NCBI RefSeq assembly: GCF_030450055.1
Contig: NZ_CP118480.1
Coordinates: 801,415 to 833,414, forward strand
DNA from: Gallaecimonas kandeliae
GTDB taxonomy: Bacteria; Pseudomonadota; Gammaproteobacteria; Enterobacterales; Gallaecimonadaceae
Reading direction: 5' to 3'
Length of the DNA: 32,000 nt
In this document: positions 1 to 6,146 of the stretch, piece after piece
How the letters are laid out: the number at the start of each line of letters is the position of its first letter
Numbering within the stretch: position 1 is the first letter of the stretch
The notes under the pieces: generated by a model
What the model was told of the DNA's origin: nothing
Database searches by the model: none
Seen by the model: only the letters and a program-made list of their open reading frames with translations
Program-made: the position numbers and the translations under genes

Positions 1-156
1 GCCTCCGGCCTTTGGCCGGGCAAGGCGATGACAGAGGTGGCGCCAGCGGGGGATTTCTGGGAAGCCGAACCAGAGCACCAGGATTACCTGGAGCGCATTC
101 CTAATGGCTATACATGCCATTTCGTGAGACCTGGATGGGTGCTGCCCAAACGTTAA
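1..156 (+). CDS. msrA: Peptide-methionine (S)-S-oxide reductase MsrA, C-terminal fragment (5' end lies outside the window)
   Basis: Frame +1 is open from the window edge to TAA at 154-156. The translation ...[41 protein letters not shown] matches the conserved MsrA C-terminal block (F-x-x-AE-x-x-HQ-x-YL...P-x-GY-x-C). Confidence 0.8.
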   Translation, partial: ASGLWPGKAMTEVAPAGDFWEAEPEHQDYLERIPNGYTCHFVRPGWVLPKR

Positions 157-291
157 CCACCTCTGCCTTGGCTTGGCCAGGGTGGGCCTGGCCATCGGTC
201 TGTACCGGAGCTGCAGCCGATAGCGGGCTTGACTCTCGGCATCAGCCAACTGTCGATGCTGTGCCCACACCGGCGCCAGTGCATGCCGGAA

Positions 292-317
292 GGGGGCCCC
301 TTTGGGGCCTTTTTTAT
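292..317 (+). terminator. Rho-independent terminator candidate downstream of msrA
   Basis: GC hairpin GGCCCC(295-300)/GGGGCC(304-309) with a 3-nt loop, followed by a T-run at 310-316. Confidence 0.5.
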
Positions 318-419
318 TGCCTGCGCCCGGTCGCCCATTGGCCTGATAAGTACTTATTAGGGGGCCGAGGCTTCACTCATCAAAAGAACGGCTGGGTCAT
401 TGGCTAGCGTAGTGCCGAG

Positions 420-1480
420 ATACGCAATGAATTATTTGTATGAATTTGTACCGTCACTGATGCTGTTATGTTGCTGTTTTGTGTCTTTTGACTGTGCCGT
501 CCTCCATCGGTAAGGTTTTTCCTTGGCTAGCTGGAGGTATTCCCTGAGCGTCTGGAGGCTGGAGTGCTTCCGGCTCGCTCCGGGCGGCGTGCCTTGGAGG
601 TTTAGTGGGGGTGTATTTTTTCTGATAGCGGAAAGGGATTTTGCTTATCCTTTATAAACAGTGACTTACATTTATTTCGCTGTTCTCGTTTAGAAGAGTC
701 GCCTGATTTAAAAGTTAAAGAATATCTTTTTATTATATTTGCCATGTTTCATTTGTCTGACGAATGACGTCACTAGTATGACCAGTGTATCAGGTATCGT
801 TTCTATATCGACTTTCTTTTATTTTCCTCGATGCGGATTTTAATTCTTGTAAATTTCATTGGCCTTTTTGTCGTCAAATTCTCTATAGATAATAGGGCCT
901 TTATTTTTAAATCAAGGTGGTGTTTGTTCTGCGACTGCTTGATCCTCCCATCTTCATCCTGGCGATGGGGTTGGCTGGCCTTACCCTCATCAACTAGAGG
1001 GTGGTAGTGTTGATGACTGTTTAGTTGTTGTATTCCAAGTGATTTTTATTGGCTTATACTTTATTAAGTGATTGCTGATTTGCTTGGTTGTTGCCGTGCT
1101 GGCTGCTTGGTGTGTATTTGTTTAGAACTTTTTTGAAGTTTTTTTTGTTTTTATGTTCCATTTTGTTATTTTTGGTTTTATCTTGGGGGCGGGTTTTTGC
1201 GGGGGCTTTTAAAAGGCTTTTGGCCTTGCCGTTGCTGCGTTTGTCGTTGGCTTTTGAGCAGGATTTTGGGGTCTTTTTCAATATCGTTCAAATGTGACTT
1301 TCGTCAAAAAATGCGGATCATCTTCATTGGGTTATGAAAATAAATTGATCTTTACCTGTTAAAAGTTCGGTGCTATCCATATTGCCGTCGTAAGCGAAGT
1401 GCGCTGCAGTTGCGACCACTATCGGATAGCAGTTCTTCCGAATCAAAACAACATTAAGAAAACATTAAGGGTGGATTAAC
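420..1480. other. About 1 kb of AT-rich non-coding DNA with a strongly G+T-skewed top strand (about 960-1300)
   Basis: Visibly much lower GC than the flanking DNA. The only ORFs of 60 aa or more (1054-1281 minus, 1088-1297 plus) are low-complexity K-rich or F/L-rich translations of T-runs. Confidence 0.6.
1364..1442 (+). promoter_or_regulatory. Conserved 5' leader element of cassette A (motif AGTTCGGTGCTATCC plus long-range stem)
   Basis: TTCGG-TGCTATCC (1366-1378) can pair with GGATAGCA (1424-1431) and CCGAA (1438-1442) across a 6-nt internal loop. The same architecture occurs in cassette B. Confidence 0.4.
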
Positions 1481-1483
1481 TCC

Positions 1484-2434
1484 ATGAATAAGAAGAACGT
1501 CTTGAACGCAGTTCTCCTCGCTTTGGGCTGCGGCCTTGCCATGTCCAGCTACGCTGGTGCCATCAAGGCCGACGCCAACTCTACCTACAAGCCGACCGGT
1601 AAAGGCTGGGGCGAGCTGGTTCCCCCCAACTATCTCCACAACGAAGCCTCCCAGGCCCGTGCCTCCAAGCATGGCGGTGGTGGTACAACCAACGGCATCT
1701 CTTACCACGGTGGCCCCGTGATGCTGGGCACCACCAACATCTACTACATCTGGTACGGCAACTGGAGCGGTTACAGCGCTGCCAAGACCATACTGCCTGA
1801 TCTGATGCCTGGCCTGTCCGGCTCTCCGATCTTCAACATCAACACCAGCTACTACGATGGCAACAACAACCACGTAGCCAACAGCGTCAACCTGGTCAGC
1901 CAGGTAAGCGACAGCGGCTCCCAGGGCACAGTGCTGGATGACAATGCCGTCCAGACCATCGTGGCCAACGCCATCAACAACCTGGGCTTGCCCATGGACA
2001 CCAACGCCCTCTACTTCGTGCTGACCGCTCCTGACGTCCAGGAAACCAGCGGCTTCGGTTCTCAGTATTGCGGCTGGCACACCAAGGGCACCATCAACGG
2101 CCAGACTGTCAAGTACTCCTTCGTGGGCAACCCCGTTACCCAGGCTCCCTCTGGTTGCGGCGCGAACAATCCCTCCCCGAACGGCGACGCCGGCGCTGAC
2201 GCCATGGCCAGTATCATGTTCCACGAGCTGTCCGAAACGGTTACCGATCCCGAGCTGAACGCCTGGTATGACACCCGCGGCAACGAAAACGCTGACAAGT
2301 GTGCTTGGACCTTCGGTACCACTTACACCACCAGCAACGGCGCCAAAGCCAACGTCAACCTGGGCGGCCGCGACTGGCTGCTGCAGCAGAACTGGCTGAA
2401 CGCTAACGGTGGTTCATGCGTCCTGTCCTACTAA
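1484..2434 (+). CDS. Secreted EXORDIUM/PHI-1 (Phi_1)-like protein, paralog A (316 aa)
   Basis: ATG preceded by AAGGGTGGA. Signal peptide MNKKNVLNAVLLALGCGLAMSSYAG. Family blocks: SYHGGPVM, YYIWYGNW, VLTAPDVQETSGFGSQYCGWH, KYSFVGNP...SGCG, PNGDAGADAM, TDPELNAWYD, ADKCAWTFG, GGRDWLLQQNW...GGSC. Four conserved Cys residues. Confidence 0.9.
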   Translation: MNKKNVLNAVLLALGCGLAMSSYAGAIKADANSTYKPTGKGWGELVPPNYLHNEASQARASKHGGGGTTNGISYHGGPVMLGTTNIYYIWYGNWSGYSAAKTILPDLMPGLSGSPIFNINTSYYDGNNNHVANSVNLVSQVSDSGSQGTVLDDNAVQTIVANAINNLGLPMDTNALYFVLTAPDVQETSGFGSQYCGWHTKGTINGQTVKYSFVGNPVTQAPSGCGANNPSPNGDAGADAMASIMFHELSETVTDPELNAWYDTRGNENADKCAWTFGTTYTTSNGAKANVNLGGRDWLLQQNWLNANGGSCVLSY

Positions 2435-2859
2435 TAGGTAGGCGTCTGATGTTGGCAGCCAGCCTGTTGCTGGCTGCCACCACCCAGGCAGATCCCCTTC
2501 CCGCTGGGAAGGGGATCAACATCATGACGCGCTACATGAAAGTCTTCGGCGAGCTGGAAAACACCCTGCTGGCCGCCCAGCTGTCTGGCGACAGTCAGCG
2601 TATCGGCCAACTGCTGGATCCCCTCTTCGAGGCCAATTTCACCAGCGGAGCGCCGTCCCTGCACAAGCCTGACATGCTGAAGCAAAAAGCCAGCGCCCGG
2701 CAGTGGAGCCTCTCCAGCCTCAAGGTCTATGAGGTCGGGCCCAACGCCATCGCCTACCTGACCCTCTCTGCCCGCGACGCCAGCGACCGTCACCTGGTGG
2801 ATGTCTGGGTTCCCCATGGCAAGGATTGGCAGCTGAGGCTGAGGTTTGAGTCCCCATGA
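2416..2859 (+). CDS. Secreted NTF2-like (DUF4440/SnoaL-like) small protein, paralog A (147 aa)
   Basis: ATG 2416 overlaps the upstream stop by 19 nt. Signal peptide ...LLLAATTQA|DPLP. The layout (helical N-terminus, then 'DPLFEANFTSG', then C-terminal 'HLVDVWVPHGKDWQLRLRFE') is typical of NTF2-like/DUF4440 proteins. Confidence 0.85.
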   Translation: MRPVLLIGRRLMLAASLLLAATTQADPLPAGKGINIMTRYMKVFGELENTLLAAQLSGDSQRIGQLLDPLFEANFTSGAPSLHKPDMLKQKASARQWSLSSLKVYEVGPNAIAYLTLSARDASDRHLVDVWVPHGKDWQLRLRFESP

Positions 2860-2868
2860 GGGGAGGTA

Positions 2869-2893
2869 GAAAAGGACCCTTGAGGTCCTTTTC
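2869..2893 (+). terminator. Rho-independent terminator of cassette A
   Basis: AAAGGACC(2871-2878)/GGTCCTTT(2884-2891), loop CTTGA, followed by a T-run. Confidence 0.75.
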
Positions 2894-2939
2894 TAATGCC
2901 GTAATTGTTTGTCTAATGCCGTAATTGCTTGTCTAATGG
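2892..2939. repeat. 20-bp tandem direct repeat, about 2.4 copies (TCTAATGCCGTAATTGYTTG)
   Basis: Unit at 2892-2911, unit at 2912-2931 (1 mismatch), partial unit at 2932-2939. Confidence 0.85.
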
Positions 2940-2946
2940 TGATTTT

Positions 2947-3067
2947 TTGACCTGTCTTGCAACTCTGTAAGCCCGACTATCCCCTTCTGAAGTTCGCTGC
3001 TATGCCTAGTGCATCGCAAGCACGAGCTGCTGTTGTGATACCTCTCGAATAGCTGTTCATTTCGAAC
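2947..3067 (+). promoter_or_regulatory. Conserved upstream block and leader of cassette B
   Basis: TTGACCTG..GCAAC (2947-2963) lies exactly 45 nt upstream of GTTCGCTGCTATGCC (2992-), the same spacing as in cassette C. GTTCG-CTGCTAT (2992-3003) can pair with ATAGCTG (3049-3055) and CGAAC (3063-3067). Confidence 0.4.
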
Positions 3068-3105
3068 CAAACCAATCTCAAAATATTCAAGGGTGGACTC
3101 ACTCC

Positions 3106-4056
3106 ATGAAGAAGCAGAACGTTATGAACGCAGTACTCCTCGCTCTGGGCTGCGGCCTGGCTCTCTCCAGCTACGCCGGCGTCGTCAAGAGCGACAGCAA
3201 TTCCGTTTATCGCCCCACAGGTAAGGGTTGGGGGGAACTGGTACCTCCCAGTGTCATCCATAGCCAATCCGGGAAGGCCAGAGGGGGCAAGCACGGCGGT
3301 GGTGGCAGCGGTAACGGCATCTCCTACCACGGCGGCCCCGTGATGCTGGGGACAGTCAACGCCTACTACATCTGGTACGGCAACTGGAGCGGCTACAACA
3401 GCGCCAAGAACATACTGCCCGACCTCATCACCGGCCTGAACGGGTCATCCATCTACAACATCAACAACAGCTATTACGACGGCAACAACAACCATGTGTC
3501 CAACAGCGTCAACCTGGCCGGCCAGGTGAATGACAGCGGCTCCAGGGGCACAGTGCTGGGGGATTCTGACATCCAGGCGATAGTGGCCAATGCCATCAAC
3601 AACCTGGGTCTGCCTCAAGACACCAACGCCGTCTACTTCGTACTGACAGCCCCTGACGTCCAGGAAACCAGCGGCTTCGGTAGCCAGTACTGCGGTTGGC
3701 ACACCAAGGGCACCATCAACGGCCAGACCATTAAGTACTCCTTCGTGGGCGACGCCGTGACCCAGGCACCGAGCGGCTGCGGCGTCAACAATCCTTCGCC
3801 CAACGGTGACGGCGGCGCCGATGCCATGGCCAGCGTCATTTTCCACGAGTTGTCCGAGGCGGTGACCGACCCCGAGCTGAACGCCTGGTATGATACCCGC
3901 GGCTACGAGAACGCCGACAAGTGTGCCTGGACCTTCGGCAGCACTTACACCACCGGCAACGGCGCCACCGCCAACGTCAACCTGGGCGGCCGCGACTGGC
4001 TGCTGCAACAGAACTGGCTGAACGCCAATGGAGGCCTATGCACCCTGTCCTACTGA
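3106..4056 (+). CDS. Secreted EXORDIUM/PHI-1 (Phi_1)-like protein, paralog B (316 aa)
   Basis: Same SD and signal peptide as paralog A. Aligns with paralog A along its full length with no gaps noticed. Confidence 0.9.
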   Translation: MKKQNVMNAVLLALGCGLALSSYAGVVKSDSNSVYRPTGKGWGELVPPSVIHSQSGKARGGKHGGGGSGNGISYHGGPVMLGTVNAYYIWYGNWSGYNSAKNILPDLITGLNGSSIYNINNSYYDGNNNHVSNSVNLAGQVNDSGSRGTVLGDSDIQAIVANAINNLGLPQDTNAVYFVLTAPDVQETSGFGSQYCGWHTKGTINGQTIKYSFVGDAVTQAPSGCGVNNPSPNGDGGADAMASVIFHELSEAVTDPELNAWYDTRGYENADKCAWTFGSTYTTGNGATANVNLGGRDWLLQQNWLNANGGLCTLSY

Positions 4057-4484
4057 CAGGTAGGCGTCTGCTGTTGGCAGCCTGCCTGATGGGGCCGGCT
4101 GCCATGGCACAAACTGATCCCCTTCCCGCCGGGAAGGGGGTCAATGTGATGACCCGCTACATGAAGGTCTTCGGCGAGCTGGAAAACACCCTGCTGGCCG
4201 CCCAGCTGTCTGGCGACAGTCAGCGTATCGGCCAACTTCTGGATCCCCTCTTCGAGGCCAATTTCACCAGCGGAGCGCCTTCCCTGCACAAGCCTGACAT
4301 GCTGAAGCAAAAAGCCGGCACCCGGCAGTGGAGCCTCTCCAGCCTCAAGGTCTATGAGGTCGGCCCCAATGCCATCGCCTACCTGACGCTTTCAGCCCGT
4401 GACGCCAGTGACCGCCACCTGGTGGATGTCTGGGTTCCCCATGGCAAGGACTGGCAATTGCGCGTGCGCTTCGAATCCCATTGA
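4038..4484 (+). CDS. Secreted NTF2-like small protein, paralog B (148 aa)
   Basis: ORF-track start 3921 trimmed to ATG 4038 (MHPVLLTGRRLLL...), which is positionally equivalent to 2416 and 5642 and is preceded by GGAGG (4030-4034). The central ~250 nt is almost identical to paralog A. Confidence 0.85.
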   Translation: MHPVLLTGRRLLLAACLMGPAAMAQTDPLPAGKGVNVMTRYMKVFGELENTLLAAQLSGDSQRIGQLLDPLFEANFTSGAPSLHKPDMLKQKAGTRQWSLSSLKVYEVGPNAIAYLTLSARDASDRHLVDVWVPHGKDWQLRVRFESH

Positions 4485-4485
4485 G

Positions 4486-4507
4486 AGAAAGGACCGGTCC
4501 TTTTTTG
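4486..4507 (+). terminator. Rho-independent terminator of cassette B
   Basis: AAAGGACCGGTCCTTT palindromic hairpin followed by TTTTTT (to 4506). Confidence 0.7.
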
Positions 4508-4550
4508 TTGGTATCCCAGACCCGTTCTGTCTCCCTCCCGCAGTCGATTG

Positions 4551-4673
4551 TTGACCTGGCCCGCAACACGGTGGGACCAACTTTACCCACCCAAGGTTCG
4601 CTGCTATGCCTAAGGCATTGCTCGCATTTGCTGCAATAGTAGCCAATGCCTCTCCTTAGCCGTGCTGCAGCAC
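4551..4673 (+). promoter_or_regulatory. Conserved upstream block and leader of cassette C
   Basis: TTGACCTG..GCAAC (4551-4567), GTTCGCTGCTATGCC (4596-4610), hairpin AGGCATTG(4613-4620)/CAATGCCT(4644-4651), and the perfect palindrome GTGCTGCAGCAC (4662-4673). Confidence 0.4.
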
Positions 4674-4703
4674 CGGCATAACCATAAACAGTGGGATCTC
4701 GTC

Positions 4704-5660
4704 ATGAATAAGCAGAATGTCCTGAAAGCGGTTCTCCTTGCCTTGGGAACTTGCCTGGCGTTTGCCGGCCAGGCCGGCGTTGTCAAAACCGACGCCAATT
4801 CCGTTTATCGCCCCACGGGGAAAGGCTGGGGAGAGCTGGTACCCCCCAGTGCGCTTCATAGCCAAGCCGGTTATGCCAAAGGGGGCAAGCACAGTGGCGG
4901 TGGCGGCGGTAGCAACAACGGCATCTTCTACCACGGTGGACCCGTGATGCTGGGCACCAACCATGTCTACTACATCTGGTATGGCAACTGGAGTAACTAC
5001 AGTGCGGCAGAAGGCATACTGCCCGACCTCATCACAGGGTTGTCCGGCTCGCCCATCTACAACATCAACACCACTTATTACGACGGCAACAATCAAAATG
5101 TGTCCAACCAGGTCACCCTGGCCGGGCAGGTGACTGACAGCGGCTCCCTGGGGGCTGTGCTGGGAGATGCCGACATCCAGACCATAGTAGCCAATGCCAT
5201 CAATAACCTGGGGTTGCCTCTGGATACCAGCGGCGTTTACTTCGTGCTGACGGCGCCCGATGTGAAGGAAACCAGCGGCTTCGGCACCCAGTACTGCGGC
5301 TGGCACACCAGAGGTACCATCAAGGGCAAAACCATCAAGTATTCCTTCGTGGGCAACCCCGTAACCCAGGCGCCCTCCGGCTGCGGTGTGAATAGTCCGT
5401 CGCCGAACGGTGATGGCGGCGCCGATGCCATGGCCAGCGTCATCTTCCATGAGCTCTCAGAGGCGGTCACAGACCCCGAATTGAACGCCTGGTACGACAG
5501 GCGCGGCTATGAGAACGCCGACAAGTGCGCCTGGACCTTTGGCAGCACCTACACCACCAGCAATGGCGCCACAGCCAACGTCAGTTTGGGTAACCGTGAC
5601 TGGCTGTTGCAGCGCAACTGGGTCAATGCCAATGGAGGCCTATGCGCACTGTCCTACTGA
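4704..5660 (+). CDS. Secreted EXORDIUM/PHI-1 (Phi_1)-like protein, paralog C (318 aa)
   Basis: ORF-track GTG 4662 trimmed to ATG 4704 (MNKQNVLKAVLLALG...), which aligns with the starts of paralogs A and B. All family blocks and the 4 Cys residues are conserved. This is the most divergent paralog. Confidence 0.88.
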   Translation: MNKQNVLKAVLLALGTCLAFAGQAGVVKTDANSVYRPTGKGWGELVPPSALHSQAGYAKGGKHSGGGGGSNNGIFYHGGPVMLGTNHVYYIWYGNWSNYSAAEGILPDLITGLSGSPIYNINTTYYDGNNQNVSNQVTLAGQVTDSGSLGAVLGDADIQTIVANAINNLGLPLDTSGVYFVLTAPDVKETSGFGTQYCGWHTRGTIKGKTIKYSFVGNPVTQAPSGCGVNSPSPNGDGGADAMASVIFHELSEAVTDPELNAWYDRRGYENADKCAWTFGSTYTTSNGATANVSLGNRDWLLQRNWVNANGGLCALSY

Positions 5661-6082
5661 TAACCAAGCCGCTGCTGTTGGCGGCCTGCCTTTTGGGGCC
5701 TGCCGCCCTGGCTCAAAGCGATCCCCTTCCCGGTGGGAAGGGGGTCAATGTGATGACCCGCTACATGAAAGTCTTCGGTGAGCTGGAAAACCGCCTGCTG
5801 GCCGCGCAACTGTCTGGCGACGGTGAGCATCTCGGCCAGCTGCTGGACCCGCTCTTCGAGGCCAACTTCGCCAGCGGCGCCACGCTGTACAGGCCCGAGA
5901 TGCTGAAACAGCAGAGCCAGCACCAATGGAGCCTCTCCAGCCTCAAGGTGTACGAGGTGGGGCCCAATGCCATCGCCTACCTGACCCTGTCCGCCCGCGA
6001 CGCCAGCGACCGCCACCTGGTGGATGTCTGGGTGCCCAAGGGTAAGGACTGGCAGCTGCGGGTACGCTTCGAGTCCCCGTGA
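5642..6082 (+). CDS. Secreted NTF2-like small protein, paralog C (146 aa)
   Basis: ATG 5642 lies within ...AATGGAGGCCTATG..., overlapping the upstream gene by 19 nt. Signal peptide ...GPAALA|QSDPLP. Confidence 0.85.
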   Translation: MRTVLLITKPLLLAACLLGPAALAQSDPLPGGKGVNVMTRYMKVFGELENRLLAAQLSGDGEHLGQLLDPLFEANFASGATLYRPEMLKQQSQHQWSLSSLKVYEVGPNAIAYLTLSARDASDRHLVDVWVPKGKDWQLRVRFESP

Positions 6083-6098
6083 GGCGGGGGGCAGCATT

Positions 6099-6126
6099 GA
6101 AAAAAGGACCCTTGGGTCCTTTTTTA
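6099..6126. terminator. Bidirectional terminator shared by cassette C (+) and the lodB-like gene (-)
   Basis: AAAAAGGACCC(6101-6111)/GGGTCCTTTTT(6115-6125), 3-nt loop, with an A-run on one side and a T-run on the other. Confidence 0.8.
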
Positions 6127-6146
6127 CTGGCTTTTGCTGTTGGGCT

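Larger units (their letters stand above)
1364..6126 (+). repeat. Tandem triplication (~1.6-kb unit) of leader + EXORDIUM/PHI-1-like gene + NTF2-like gene + terminator
   Basis: The leader motif GTTCG(G/C)TGCTAT occurs at 1365, 2992 and 4596. Start codons are at 1484, 3106 and 4704, giving periods of 1622 and 1598 bp. The paralogous proteins align end to end, and there are three equivalent terminators. Confidence 0.9.

Noticed and set aside
114-407. 97-aa (plus) and 61-aa (minus) ORFs just downstream of msrA
   Set aside because: They span the msrA stop, 3' UTR and terminator hairpin. Their W/P/G/R-rich composition has no protein-like features. The region is more likely 3' UTR.
917-997. 26-codon hydrophobic mini-ORF (V)VFVLRLLDPPIFILAMGLAGLTLIN next to AAGGTGG
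   Set aside because: The only possible starts are GTGs embedded in or immediately abutting the SD-like sequence, so there is no spacer. There is no supporting conservation, so a type-I-toxin-like peptide would be pure speculation.
1054-1297. 75-aa K-rich (minus) and 69-aa F/L-rich (plus, TTG start) ORFs in the AT-rich tract
   Set aside because: Their composition simply mirrors the T-run/G+T-skewed DNA. They have no SD and no domain-like pattern.
2416-2500. Twin-arginine (Tat) signal or lipobox in the NTF2-like proteins (GRRL in A and B; LLAAC in B and C)
   Set aside because: Neither feature is conserved across all three paralogs: copy C has no RR and copy A has Ser in place of the Cys. All three have ordinary AxA-type signal peptidase I sites (TQA|D, AMA|Q, ALA|Q), so plain Sec export is the conservative call.
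2951-2972. Pho-box-like CTGTCTT-GCAA-CTCTGTA upstream of cassette B (tempting because the plant family is 'phosphate-induced')
   Set aside because: The second half-site is a poor match or is out of the 11-bp register. There is no equivalent in cassette C and only a single half-site in cassette A.
3921-4037. N-terminal extensions offered by the ORF track (3921 for NTF2-like B, 4662 for EXORDIUM-like C, 9849 and 9692 for the VOC and GST genes, 18710 for the 2-TM protein, 26462 for the PH-like protein, 7238 for lodB-like)
   Set aside because: The extensions overlap neighbouring genes or leaders, lack similarity to the paralogs, and place R/H/Q-rich junk in front of signal peptides. Internal ATGs with SDs align with the paralog or family N-termini.
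4610-4630. Sigma-54-like GG...GC element (AAGGCATTGCTCGCATT) in the cassette C leader
   Set aside because: The GG-to-GC spacing is off by one relative to TGGCAC-N5-TTGC. Flanking consensus bases are poor, and the element is absent from the leaders of cassettes A and B.
1454-5470. Minus-strand ORFs inside the cassette genes (1454-2224, 3445-4008, 4656-5450 and others)
   Set aside because: They recur because the cassettes are repeated, not because they are conserved genes. They are antisense to the EXORDIUM-like CDSs, G/V/A/H/D-rich, and lack SD-plus-start contexts.
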